A stretch of 64,000 nucleotides of DNA from Promethearchaeota archaeon. GTDB lineage: Archaea; Asgardarchaeota; Lokiarchaeia; Sigyniarchaeales; SOKP01. A model generated the notes under the pieces. It did not search any database, was not told where the DNA came from, and was given only the letters and a program-made list of their open reading frames with translations. Both the position numbers and the translations under genes were made by a program. The DNA lies in NCBI GenBank assembly GCA_004375715.1, contig SOKP01000182.1, positions 3,813 through 67,812 on the forward strand. The letters are read 5' to 3'. Shown here piece by piece: positions 47,477 to 57,585 of this stretch; the first letter of the stretch is position 1, and each line of letters begins with the position of its first letter.

Positions 47477-49153
47477 ATGTTATCAGATAAAGAACTTGAA
47501 AAAATTGAAAATAAGAGGAAAGAGTGGGAGGAACAAATCTTAAATAAGTTCACCGAAAGAGGAGAGAGGAAAGATAACTACGAATCCCCTTCAGGAATTC
47601 CTTTAAAGCCCGTATATGGACCTGAAGATATCCAGAATATTAATTATTTAGAGGATATTGGATTTCCTGGAACTCCTCCTTTTACGAGGGGAGTTTATCC
47701 AAACATGTACCGTGGTCGTATCTGGACTATGCGACAATATGGGGGTTTTGCTGATGCTGCTAAAACAAATGAAAGATTTAAATATTTAATATCGGAGGGC
47801 CAAAAGGGTCTTTCAATTGCGTTTGATTTACCAACCCAGATGGGGTACAACAGCAATCATAATATTTGCTTAGGGGAAGTAGGTAGAGTTGGCGTAACAG
47901 TTAATTCATTAAGAGATTTTGAACAAGTATTCGAGGGAATTCCTTTGGATAACGTTTCCACAAGTATGACTATAAACGCTCCTACTTCAGTTTTATTAGC
48001 GATGTATATTGCTGTAGGTGAAAAACAAGGAGTAAATCCTGAACAGTTGACTGGTACTGTTCAAAATGACATTTTAAAGGAATATGTTGCGAGAGGGACA
48101 TATATTTTTCCTCCAAAACCTTCATTAAGACTAGTAGCAGATGTAATTGAATATTGTTCAAAAATTTTACCTCGTTTTAATACAATTAGTATTAGCGGGT
48201 ATCATATGCGCGAGGCAGGGTGCAACGCTATCCATGAAATTGCGTTTACATTAGCGGATGGAATCGCTTATGTTGAAGAAGTTCTTAATAGAGGGGTAGA
48301 CATTGATGATTTTGCAACACGATTATCTTTCTTTTTTACTACTCATAACAACTTTTTTGAAGAAATTGCTAAGTTGAGAGCTGCTCGAAAGCTTTGGGCA
48401 AAGATTATGAAAGAACGGTTTCACGCTAAGAATCCAAATTCTTTAAGATTGCGATTCCACACACAAACGGCTGGAGTTACATTAACAGCTCAACAACCTA
48501 ATGTCAACATTGTAAGAGTAGCTCTTCAAGCTCTTGCGGCAATATTAGGAGGGACGCAATCACTACACACTTGTGGTGCGGACGAAGCTTTGGCTATCCC
48601 AACAGAGGAATCTGTAAGGTTATCCTTGCGAACTCAACAGGTACTCGCGTATGAATCGGGGGTTACTGATGTTGTAGATCCTCTCGGAGGTTCATATTAT
48701 ATCGAGTATCTTACTTCACAGCTAGAAGAAAAAGCTTTGGAATATATTGAAAAAATAGATAAGATGGGAGGTATAACTAAAGCGATTGAAACGGCTTTCA
48801 TTCAACGAGAAATCCAAAATAATGCTTATAGCGAACAATTAAAGATTGATGAAGGGATAAACCAAATGATCGGGGTGAATGCATTTTGTACTGAAGACGA
48901 GTGCACGATTGAAACATTTAAACACGATGATAATGCAGAAGGAAAAATTATAGAAAATTTAGCCGAACTTAAGAAAAATAGGGATGAGGGGCTCGTGCAA
49001 GAGATGTTAAAAGAATTAGAATGTATTGCTAAATCGACTGAAAACATCATGCCCGTTATGATTAAAACTGTTAAAACATATGCGACTATTCAAGAAATAT
49101 GCGATGTTCTAAGAACAGTTTTCGGAAAATATGATTCTCCACAGGTTTTTTAA
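47477..49153 (+). CDS. Methylmalonyl-CoA mutase family, large catalytic (N-terminal) subunit without fused B12-binding domain
   Basis: PGTPPFTRGVYPNMYRGRIWTMRQYGGFADAAKTNERFKYLISEGQKGLSIAFDLPTQMGY, SGYHMREAG, FHTQTAGVTLTAQQP. Confidence 0.9.
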   Translation: MLSDKELEKIENKRKEWEEQILNKFTERGERKDNYESPSGIPLKPVYGPEDIQNINYLEDIGFPGTPPFTRGVYPNMYRGRIWTMRQYGGFADAAKTNERFKYLISEGQKGLSIAFDLPTQMGYNSNHNICLGEVGRVGVTVNSLRDFEQVFEGIPLDNVSTSMTINAPTSVLLAMYIAVGEKQGVNPEQLTGTVQNDILKEYVARGTYIFPPKPSLRLVADVIEYCSKILPRFNTISISGYHMREAGCNAIHEIAFTLADGIAYVEEVLNRGVDIDDFATRLSFFFTTHNNFFEEIAKLRAARKLWAKIMKERFHAKNPNSLRLRFHTQTAGVTLTAQQPNVNIVRVALQALAAILGGTQSLHTCGADEALAIPTEESVRLSLRTQQVLAYESGVTDVVDPLGGSYYIEYLTSQLEEKALEYIEKIDKMGGITKAIETAFIQREIQNNAYSEQLKIDEGINQMIGVNAFCTEDECTIETFKHDDNAEGKIIENLAELKKNRDEGLVQEMLKELECIAKSTENIMPVMIKTVKTYATIQEICDVLRTVFGKYDSPQVF

Positions 49154-49351
49154 TATCGAGATTCTTTATTATTTTCAAATCAATTTGCAAAAATGTTAAG
49201 ATTAGTTATTTTTAATCTCTTATTTTTAGACCAAGGATTTCGGTTATTTCATTACATGGTCTTTTTTATCAATACATTTATTAAAACTTACTATTATTAT
49301 TTTTACAATTAGGTATGAAGTATTAGGAAAACTATTGGGGTACTCTATAAC

Positions 49352-52300
49352 TTGCATAATTATTTCAATAAATATTCGTATAAAGTCAACAAAGAGAAAA
49401 GGTTTAAAGGAAGAATAGGGTATATTAATAAGAAAAAGTCAGTGAAGTTCATTAGTTTTTTACTTCTTTTCAATATCATTTTGATTTCCTTAATTACCAG
49501 CAGTTTTCTTAATTTTAATAGATTGCTCAACGATTTTAATGATGGAATTGATGATAGTCCATCGGTACCAAATATTTCTTCAAGTGATCCTCCGAATAAA
49601 CACTTTTTTCAAAACTATAAAGTGATAACAATTGATCATAACTTGGTTTCTGGAACAGGGAGTCATAAGAATTTTCCTGTTTTAATTTCTATTTTGGATT
49701 CAGACTTACGTAACGAGGTTCAATCAAACGGGAATGATATTGCTTTTGCTAACGATACGGCTTGGTTAGATCATGAAATTGAACTCTTTGATCAATCATT
49801 TAATGAGACTTATGCTAAATTAGTAGCATGGGTTTGCATTCCATCTTTATCAACTAATACAAACACTCTTATAACAATGTATTATGGTAATTCAACTATG
49901 AGTTCGCAACAAAATCCAACTGGAGTATGGGATAGTAATTATGAAGCTGTATGGCATATGAATCAAGATCCTTCATCTTCTAATATCTTAGATAGTACAT
50001 CTAATAATAATGATTTAAATACTAACGGATTCGCTTCTGATCAACGAATATATAACGGAAAAGTTGGAACAGCAATAACCTTTGATGGAATCAATGATTA
50101 TCTTAATATTAGTTCTTTTTCAGGACCAACAGATGGATTTACTTTTCAATCCTGGTTTAAATTTGATGATGAATATAATGCTAGTCGGAGCGAAATGTAT
50201 CTTTTTAGTGGCAGTACAGCAGGACGCAACAACCCACGAGTGAGATTTTATCCGGGGGGTGGGTATACTGTTGGTTCTGTTGCGACAACAACTGATGAAA
50301 ATGATAGTTGCGATGGTGTTAAAAATGTTTGGGCTGCTGATACTTGGTTCCATTATGCCTTTAGATTCTCAATTCCTATTCAAACCACAACCATTTATAT
50401 CAATAGTACTGTAGATGGTTTTAAGGATGATGCTGATCTTAGTTACCCACACCTTGCGTGGAATAGGTTAACTATAGGATCAAATGATGGGACTAATGTA
50501 TGGGGATCAGGGGCAATCTCAGAGTTTAGAGTCGTAAACATTCCTCTTTCCGTAGACTGGATCAATACAGAATACAATAATCAATATAATCCTTATGCTT
50601 TTTATTCAATTGGAAAAGAATATACCGTATCAGGTATTCCACCTGATGAGCAATATTTCAAATGTTATAAAGAAATAATAATAAACCATACAATGGTAAG
50701 TGGCTCACTTGATCTTATTAACTTTCCTTTGCTGATTTCTATTTTTGATTCAGATTTACGTTATGATGTGCAATTAAATGGAGATGACATCGCCTTTGCT
50801 TACAATGGTGCATGGTTAGATCATGAAATAGAACTCTTTAATCAAACTTTTAATAGCACGGATGCACAATTAATAACCTGGGTTTGCATACCAAGACTTT
50901 CGACATCTTTGGATACAATTATTCGCATGTACTATGGTAATTCCACCATGAGTTCACGAGAAATCCCTACTGAAGTATGGAGTAATAATTATAAAGGCGT
51001 GTGGCATCTCTCAGAATCTACGGGAAGTGCTTTAGATTCCACTTCTTACAGTACAGCAGGGTCAGTTTCAGGTACTGTTTCTCGAGATCCAACTGGAAAA
51101 ATCGATAGCGCTTATAATTTTGGAACTGATGGTCAGATTAATTTTGGTGATCCTCCGGATGGGCATTTTGATATGGGTACAGGAAGCTTCACTATTAGTT
51201 TTTGGATAAATATAGATGCTAGTACAGGAAATTATCAATTACCTTTACATAAAGGCGCTGATGTTGTAAGTGAAGCTGGTTATGATTTTGAAACGGATGT
51301 ATCTGCAACATCACTCACCTTTCACATTTCAGATGGCACAAATCTCGCATCAACATCACCGCTATCTATTATTTTCGACAGTTGGATATATGTTGTTGGA
51401 GTTGTTGATAGAACATTAAATTCAATCCGTCTTTTTCAAGATGGACAGATAGTAGGCTCTGGAACAAGCATTGCTGGTATTGGAAATCTAACTAACAATA
51501 AACCTCTTTTAGCACCTTATTCAACTTATGATCTAGATGGTTTTTTAGATGAAATACGAATTGCCACTACTGCTCATTCAGCAGACTGGATCGCTACTGA
51601 ATATAACAACCAATACAATCCTCTATCTTTTTTGACCATAGGTTCAGAAGAAAAGTTCGATTTTTCACCCCCTACTTATTCAAATCTAACAGAAAGTTCA
51701 GACCCATTAGAATTGGGTGATATAGAAGTTATAACGATCAATGTTTCCGATCCTTCAGGTATTAATCAAGTGAAAATCGAATTCATGAGCTCTAACGATT
51801 CCCTGACCAATATTGGTGGAGATATTTGGCAATATGACGCGTGGATTCCCAACAGTGTTGGTAACCATACATATACAATCTGGATGGAGGATAACTATAA
51901 TAATTGGAATTCTACTATAGGAACTATCGAAGTGATAGATACCACCTCCCCAACTTATTCAGATATCATTGAAAGTGCGGATCCTTTACAACTAGGACAA
52001 AATGTAACAATTAGTATTAAGGCTTACGACTCTCCGGGTTCAGGAGTGAATCAAACTCTTTTAGAATATGGGTCATCAAATCATACGATGATTTTTATAG
52101 ATGGAAACACATGGAGTTGGAATACGTGGAAGCCATTATCCTCAGGAATTCACCCTTATAAAATTTTTATGCAAGATATGGAAAATAACTGGAATATGAC
52201 CAGTGGAACAATAACGGTTGTATCTACGACTGCTCCCGTAATAGAAAATCTTACAAAGAGTGAGGATCCTTTAGAATTAGGAAACAGTATTACTATTACG

Positions 52301-54496
52301 GTTGATGTATTTGATAACGAGACTTTCGTATGGGATGTTTTAATTGAGTTAGATGGAGTAAATCACACGATGACCGCTATTGGTGGATTTACATATGAGT
52401 ATAATTGGACTAGATCCTATGTTGGCACCATTTATTACAGTGTTTATGCAAATGACACGGACAATAACTGGAATTCATATTCTAGTAGTTTTGACATTGT
52501 AGATACGACTCCACCTGCTTTTTCAGACCTTGCTAAAAGTGAAGATTCCTTAGAATTTGGAAATACGGTAATAATATCAGTAAATTCTACTGATTTATCA
52601 GATATTAACCAAGTTAAAATCGAATTCATGGGGTCTAACCATTCCATGACCAATATTAGTGGTTTTACATGGCAATATGACTCTTGGATTCCCAACAGTG
52701 TTGGTAACCATACATATACGATATGGGCAGAAGATAATAATAATAATTGGGGCTTTATTAGTGAATCGTTTTTAGTTCGAGATACAACGCCCCCAATTTA
52801 TTCAGATTTGACCGAAAGCGGTAATCCTGTCGAATTAGGTACTACATTAATTATTTCGATTAATAGTACCGATTTAGCTTACCTCAAAGATGTTTCAATA
52901 GAATATAGAAATTTTAATCATACTATGACAAACATAGGTGACGACATATGGCAGTATAATTCTTGGATGCCAAATTCAATAGGTAATTATACTTACAAAA
53001 TTTACATGACAGATAATAATGATAATTTGAATTATGTTAGCAGTTCGATACAGTTTCAAGATACCATCATCCCCGTCTATTCTAATTTGTTTGAAAGTAC
53101 TGATCCTTTAGAGTTAGGGGATTCTGCGATCATCAGAATTAGAATCTATGACTTCGCAGGTATTAACCAGTCCTTACTAGAATTCGAAGGTTCTAATCAT
53201 TCTATGACAAATATTTATGGAGATACGTGGCAATATGATTTATGGACACCAAATAACTGGATTCTTCATCAATATACAATCCATATGAAAGATAAGAGCG
53301 GTAATTGGAATTTTGTAATAGCTAATATTACTATTCAAGATACAACTCCTCCCCCTTCACCAGTATTGACAAACAGTCCAAGTGGAGATGTCAGTGGTAT
53401 CTTAGTATTTGATTGGTCAGATGGTTCTGATCCTTCAGGCATCTCATATTATTTCTTAATTATTGATAACGAGACCGATCCATTTGCAACTCCAGGATTT
53501 GTATACATCTTTAATATTACGAACTCTGGAATACAAAGCAGTTATTACGAGTTGTCGGAGAATCTTAACGAGGGTACATATTATTATTTTCTTTCTCAAA
53601 TTGATGGAACTGGACATCAGAGCAGTTACACTATGGGAACTTTTACTATAGTTCCTACTAATAACGAACCTGGGAATACTGATTTTTTGATAGTTATCAT
53701 CATTGGAATAATTTTCGCAAGTGTAGCAGGATTGCTTCTTACTGGTATAATTGTAAAAAGAAGAACTAAAAAGGAAGTCCTCCCGCAATTAAAAAAAATT
53801 TCTCTCAAGCCGATAATCCTGCATGTGGACAAAATTTTAAGGTCAAGTTCGTTTCTCAAAATAGATACAGAAAAATTTAAAATCAAAAAAGAAGAGACAG
53901 TAACACTCGGGGAAGAACATAAACACTATGATAAAGAGTTAGAATCCCGTTTAAATGAAATTAAAACCTTAGGAGAGGAATTAATGGATGAAGGCGCTTA
54001 TTTGGAAGCTTTTAAGCAGTTTGAACTCGCGAGAGAAATATTATCGGGATACAATAGAAATGAAGAAGCAGAATTATATTCTGAATTAATTGTCGGTATA
54101 AAAGGTTTAATTGAGGAACGAGAAAGACGATTTGCAATATTGGAACAAGAAAAAGTTCAGGGCAATTCCGTAAGAGTGTATGAATTATACAATGAATTAA
54201 TGGTTATTTCAGAAAAACTTAGAGATATTGATGCTATCCAAATGTATCAATCAGAATTAATGCAATTTTTTCAAGATGATGAAAAGAAAGCCCTTGATCT
54301 GGAGAAGTTAAGGGATCTTCTTGAAAAACGGGCAGATTCCTTATCAAATGACAATCATTTCGAAGAATCCGCTAAAATATATGAAAAATGTGAAAATGTT
54401 TCCCTTTTTCTGGTACAGTTAGGAAAAGAAGAAGAAACTATAAATGTTAAATGTTTCAGGGATAAAAAAGTCGATTCTTTAGAGAAACGTCCTTGA
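49352..54496 (+). CDS. Giant type-I surface protein: signal/anchor, 2x (DUF2341 + LamG), 6 Ig-like repeats, FN3-like domain, TM helix, ~290-aa helical cytoplasmic tail
   Basis: DUF2341 pattern twice (NFPVLISILDSDLR..NGNDIAFA...WLDHEIELF...AWVCIPSLS....ITMYYGNSTMSS). LamG-like cores end ...ADWIATEYNNQYNP. Six ~93-aa repeats start DTTPP.YS.L.ES.DPLELG. TM segment FLIVIIIGIIFASVAGLLLTGIIV followed by KRRTKK. Many N-x-S/T sequons. There is no in-frame ATG near the 5' end, so the start is TTG 49352 or GTG 49442 (the latter gives MKFISFLLLF...). Confidence 0.8.
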   Translation: MHNYFNKYSYKVNKEKRFKGRIGYINKKKSVKFISFLLLFNIILISLITSSFLNFNRLLNDFNDGIDDSPSVPNISSSDPPNKHFFQNYKVITIDHNLVSGTGSHKNFPVLISILDSDLRNEVQSNGNDIAFANDTAWLDHEIELFDQSFNETYAKLVAWVCIPSLSTNTNTLITMYYGNSTMSSQQNPTGVWDSNYEAVWHMNQDPSSSNILDSTSNNNDLNTNGFASDQRIYNGKVGTAITFDGINDYLNISSFSGPTDGFTFQSWFKFDDEYNASRSEMYLFSGSTAGRNNPRVRFYPGGGYTVGSVATTTDENDSCDGVKNVWAADTWFHYAFRFSIPIQTTTIYINSTVDGFKDDADLSYPHLAWNRLTIGSNDGTNVWGSGAISEFRVVNIPLSVDWINTEYNNQYNPYAFYSIGKEYTVSGIPPDEQYFKCYKEIIINHTMVSGSLDLINFPLLISIFDSDLRYDVQLNGDDIAFAYNGAWLDHEIELFNQTFNSTDAQLITWVCIPRLSTSLDTIIRMYYGNSTMSSREIPTEVWSNNYKGVWHLSESTGSALDSTSYSTAGSVSGTVSRDPTGKIDSAYNFGTDGQINFGDPPDGHFDMGTGSFTISFWINIDASTGNYQLPLHKGADVVSEAGYDFETDVSATSLTFHISDGTNLASTSPLSIIFDSWIYVVGVVDRTLNSIRLFQDGQIVGSGTSIAGIGNLTNNKPLLAPYSTYDLDGFLDEIRIATTAHSADWIATEYNNQYNPLSFLTIGSEEKFDFSPPTYSNLTESSDPLELGDIEVITINVSDPSGINQVKIEFMSSNDSLTNIGGDIWQYDAWIPNSVGNHTYTIWMEDNYNNWNSTIGTIEVIDTTSPTYSDIIESADPLQLGQNVTISIKAYDSPGSGVNQTLLEYGSSNHTMIFIDGNTWSWNTWKPLSSGIHPYKIFMQDMENNWNMTSGTITVVSTTAPVIENLTKSEDPLELGNSITITVDVFDNETFVWDVLIELDGVNHTMTAIGGFTYEYNWTRSYVGTIYYSVYANDTDNNWNSYSSSFDIVDTTPPAFSDLAKSEDSLEFGNTVIISVNSTDLSDINQVKIEFMGSNHSMTNISGFTWQYDSWIPNSVGNHTYTIWAEDNNNNWGFISESFLVRDTTPPIYSDLTESGNPVELGTTLIISINSTDLAYLKDVSIEYRNFNHTMTNIGDDIWQYNSWMPNSIGNYTYKIYMTDNNDNLNYVSSSIQFQDTIIPVYSNLFESTDPLELGDSAIIRIRIYDFAGINQSLLEFEGSNHSMTNIYGDTWQYDLWTPNNWILHQYTIHMKDKSGNWNFVIANITIQDTTPPPSPVLTNSPSGDVSGILVFDWSDGSDPSGISYYFLIIDNETDPFATPGFVYIFNITNSGIQSSYYELSENLNEGTYYYFLSQIDGTGHQSSYTMGTFTIVPTNNEPGNTDFLIVIIIGIIFASVAGLLLTGIIVKRRTKKEVLPQLKKISLKPIILHVDKILRSSSFLKIDTEKFKIKKEETVTLGEEHKHYDKELESRLNEIKTLGEELMDEGAYLEAFKQFELAREILSGYNRNEEAELYSELIVGIKGLIEERERRFAILEQEKVQGNSVRVYELYNELMVISEKLRDIDAIQMYQSELMQFFQDDEKKALDLEKLRDLLEKRADSLSNDNHFEESAKIYEKCENVSLFLVQLGKEEETINVKCFRDKKVDSLEKRP
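51658..53340 (+). repeat. Six tandem ~281-nt coding repeats (Ig-like modules) inside the surface protein gene
   Basis: Periodic DTTPPxYSxLxES motif. Units 1 and 4 share a perfect 35-nt match (51842-51876 = 52685-52719). Confidence 0.85.
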
Positions 54497-54571
54497 TAAG
54501 CATTAACTTTAATGTCAAAAAGATGAATATTTAAAAAACCTTAGTCTATGATATATTCAAGGAGATAAATT

Positions 54572-55771
54572 GTGAAAAAAATACCCGGCACATTATATAA
54601 TTTTGGTATTACTAGTTCAAGAGATAATAGACTCAACATAAATATTTGGTATAGAAATGAGTTAGTTTTTGAAAAAACGGGATTATCAGACGGAGAATTA
54701 GTAAATAACATACAATTCTTTTTTGAAAGTAGAAATTTAACGATTCCACGGAATAGACTTGAATGGATCGTTAAGGAGGAATTACTCGAGTTATCCCCGG
54801 CAAGTGATATAACTTTTATTGAAGGAACTGTATCTGAAATCCTCGGACAATTTCAACAGAAGAAAACAGAAGAAATGAAAAAAATAGTTCTAATGGGTCT
54901 AGCAAATGCGGGAAAAACTTGTATCTATGAAAGGGTATTTGAAGGAAAAAAACCATGGGAACTAATGCAATCAACAGCAACTAAAGGAATTGATTATAGA
55001 GAATATAATGTCGGTTCGATAACTAAACCAATGATTTGGGATTTGGGAGGACAACAACAATATCTTGATGAGTATCACGGACCGTTAAGAAGAAATATTT
55101 TTCGAAAGGCTTCTGTATTATTATATGTTATTGATGTGTCTGATGTTGATAGATTTGAAAATACTCGATTGGAGTTCGAATGGAGTGCAAACCAAATTCT
55201 ATCCTCTAACCGAAATGCATCATTAAATATTTTTTTTCATAAGATAGATCTTATTCATGATAGAAATGCATTAATTCCATATTTAAAGAGACTTTTTTCT
55301 CAAAATATCTCTCATAAAATAAACTTTTATGCAACATCTGTTTTTGACGAATCATTATTTACCGCTTGGAGCGGAATAATTCGAGAAATTTCACCTAAAT
55401 CTATATTTATTAATTCGATATTAAAATTGTTGAAAGATCAAGACGGGGTTAATGAGGCACTATTAATTGAAAAAACAAGCGGGCTTGCATGTGGGTCAAC
55501 AATTAATGGCTCTGATGAGGATGTAGTAATTGGAATGATTTCCTTATTAATTGTAACTTGCGATAAGGTAACTAAAAATATGAAATTACAAAGCTTTAAA
55601 GAATTCAGATTGAGAACAACATCTAATTATTTATTACTAACAGATGTTACTGAAGATTTAATGCTTGTTATCCTGTTAAATTCTAAGGTTTTGGATAATG
55701 GAAGATTAAAAGAAATTGAAGAGGTGGGTAAGCAAGTTACAACACAAATTAGAGAATTATGGGATGAGTAG
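54572..55771 (+). CDS. Rag/Gtr1-family GTPase with C-terminal roadblock domain and ~100-aa N-terminal extension
   Basis: G1 GLANAGKT, G3 WDLGGQ, Rag-specific G4 HKID. NIFRKASVLLYVIDV and ATSVFDESLFTAWSGII align by eye to human RagA NIFRNVEVLIYVFDV and TSIWDETLYKAWSSIV. The C-terminal EALLIEKTSGL...NYLLLTDVTEDLMLVILLN is roadblock-like. AAGGAG lies 7 nt before the GTG start. Confidence 0.85.
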   Translation: MKKIPGTLYNFGITSSRDNRLNINIWYRNELVFEKTGLSDGELVNNIQFFFESRNLTIPRNRLEWIVKEELLELSPASDITFIEGTVSEILGQFQQKKTEEMKKIVLMGLANAGKTCIYERVFEGKKPWELMQSTATKGIDYREYNVGSITKPMIWDLGGQQQYLDEYHGPLRRNIFRKASVLLYVIDVSDVDRFENTRLEFEWSANQILSSNRNASLNIFFHKIDLIHDRNALIPYLKRLFSQNISHKINFYATSVFDESLFTAWSGIIREISPKSIFINSILKLLKDQDGVNEALLIEKTSGLACGSTINGSDEDVVIGMISLLIVTCDKVTKNMKLQSFKEFRLRTTSNYLLLTDVTEDLMLVILLNSKVLDNGRLKEIEEVGKQVTTQIRELWDE

Positions 55772-55787
55772 GAGGTGAAATGAATAA

Positions 55788-56660
55788 TTGCCTAGAGGGA
55801 TGTTCTTTTTAATTCATAACGAGATAAAGGGGCCTGAAATTAAAAGTTCATATTATACTAATCCAGTAAATTTAAGTAAAGAATTCATTTCTAAATTATA
55901 CATGTCTCATGCTGGATTTGAATCATCATCTCATATAGAAATAAAATTTGAAGATTATCAAAGTATTTCATGTTTCACAGGAAATTTGGATCGCAGAAGT
56001 CAGAAGGAAGGAATACTCGGCATAATATTTGAGGAAAATGAGGTGTTCGGTAATTTAGATTTGTTTTTACAGCGTAATTTGTATGCAATTGTTGAAAAAC
56101 CTGATAATGAAACAATTGAAGAAATATTCAAGAATAAACTCCTTAATTATCTTGAATTAGATAAGCTTTTTGCAAAAGTAGAAATTGAAGATATATCAGA
56201 AATCTTCCTAATTACGGGTAATCATGAATTTAAATCGTGTCTGCTTAAAATTGGCAATAATCAAACTTCAAATATAGAGATTGGTGAGATGTACCCAAAT
56301 ATTCTTAAACAACAAGAAATTCCGGAATATCAGTATGTAGAATTAATTCCAATTGGTTCCAATAATATGTATCTAATATTAAAAACTGTTTCAGAATCAA
56401 AGAATATTAATAAGATAATTTCAACCTTAAAGCCCTATTTAGAAAAATATCCTTTTTATGCCTTAGAAATTTTAACACTATTTTTGCTTCCTTCTTATGT
56501 CAAACTAATCCCATTGAACTTAAATTTATCCAAAACATTTTCTGATAAAAACAAATCGGTCTTAGAGAGTCTTAAAAAAGCAGAAAATTATGGTGAAGAG
56601 TTTGATAAAATAATCTCGCATCTAGTAAGAGGAGACATATATCTTTTACCCATTTTATGA
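55788..56660 (+). CDS. Hypothetical protein with N-terminal longin-like domain
   Basis: MFFLIHNEIKGPEIKSSYY...SKEFISKLYMSH...HIEIKFEDYQSISCFTG...GILGIIFEENEVFGNLDLFLQRNLYAIV follows a beta-beta-alpha-beta-beta-beta-alpha pattern. GGAGGTGA lies 9 nt before the TTG start, 16 nt after the GTPase stop. Confidence 0.45.
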   Translation: MPRGMFFLIHNEIKGPEIKSSYYTNPVNLSKEFISKLYMSHAGFESSSHIEIKFEDYQSISCFTGNLDRRSQKEGILGIIFEENEVFGNLDLFLQRNLYAIVEKPDNETIEEIFKNKLLNYLELDKLFAKVEIEDISEIFLITGNHEFKSCLLKIGNNQTSNIEIGEMYPNILKQQEIPEYQYVELIPIGSNNMYLILKTVSESKNINKIISTLKPYLEKYPFYALEILTLFLLPSYVKLIPLNLNLSKTFSDKNKSVLESLKKAENYGEEFDKIISHLVRGDIYLLPIL

Positions 56661-56662
56661 AC

Positions 56663-57532
56663 TCAAAACAGATTCATCAATTTTTTTTCTATATCTCTTA
56701 ATAACATATTTCCTATACCGAAATTCACGCGTTGAGAAAAAATCAAAACTAGATTAAATTCTAACCCTTGAATCTTAAAATATTCTGAACAAATTTTCTG
56801 ATGATCCCTTAATTCAAGGAACATTTTTACAGTAATTGGTAATTTGTTTTTCCTCCTAACTTCGAATTCCCTAATTACATTAGATAGGATTTTCTCCGGG
56901 ATTAATGCAAACAACAATTTTCCATTAATGTCAAATAATGCACTACCTAGAATCTCTCTATCATCTACACATCCCCTTAAAAATTCAGTTAATTTCTGAA
57001 ATAAAACTGAGGAAGTTAAACTCTGGTTATCATCAAGTTCGTTAAGATCGTCGTTTTCGTTTTCAGTTTTATAATATTCAAATTTAGGGAATTTTATCAC
57101 CGAAGAACTTATGGATTGGCTTTTCTCCATCTTTTCTAGTTCTTGCTTGAGTTTTACATTTTCTAATCTCAGAAAGCTAATTCGATCTTTTAAACCCCTG
57201 TTTTTTCTCGCCAATTCCTTGATTTCAAACCTGGATAATGCATCACTATTACTATCTGATTTATTTTTTAACGTTGCTTCTAATTCCATGACGAGTTCTT
57301 CAAGATAATCTATTTTTTCGAGATGTATAGATATTTCTTTATCCTTTAACTGGAGTTTTAATTCTAATTCCTTTTTACCATTTTTTAGATTATCTTCTGT
57401 CATCCTAATGTGATCAAAATTCATAAAGCTATTTAGCTGAGTAAATTTATTCGATATGCATTTTTTAAAGAGGTACACATCCTCATGAGCCACTAACCGA
57501 ATTAAAACGGCATTACTTTTATTTTTTTTCAT
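56663..57532 (-). CDS. Coiled-coil protein with C-terminal Roadblock/LC7-like domain
   Basis: Heptad-rich central region (KELELKLQLKDKEISIHLEKIDYLEELVMELEATLK...LRLENVKLKQELEKMEK). The C-terminus (ILGSALFDINGKLLFALIPE...LEFNLVLIFSQRVNFG) is roadblock-like. Confidence 0.55.
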   Translation of the reverse strand: MKKNKSNAVLIRLVAHEDVYLFKKCISNKFTQLNSFMNFDHIRMTEDNLKNGKKELELKLQLKDKEISIHLEKIDYLEELVMELEATLKNKSDSNSDALSRFEIKELARKNRGLKDRISFLRLENVKLKQELEKMEKSQSISSSVIKFPKFEYYKTENENDDLNELDDNQSLTSSVLFQKLTEFLRGCVDDREILGSALFDINGKLLFALIPEKILSNVIREFEVRRKNKLPITVKMFLELRDHQKICSEYFKIQGLEFNLVLIFSQRVNFGIGNMLLRDIEKKLMNLF

Positions 57533-57585
57533 GTTATTGAAACTGGTATTGGTTGATGTAACATTTTATTCAAGGGATTGGAGCT

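Noticed and set aside
50120-53886. Minus- and plus-strand ORFs inside the giant surface protein gene (50120-50353, 52444-52695, 53456-53788, 53463-53651, 53626-53886)
   Set aside because: They are embedded in a continuous 1714-codon frame with clear repeated domain structure, so they are shadow ORFs.
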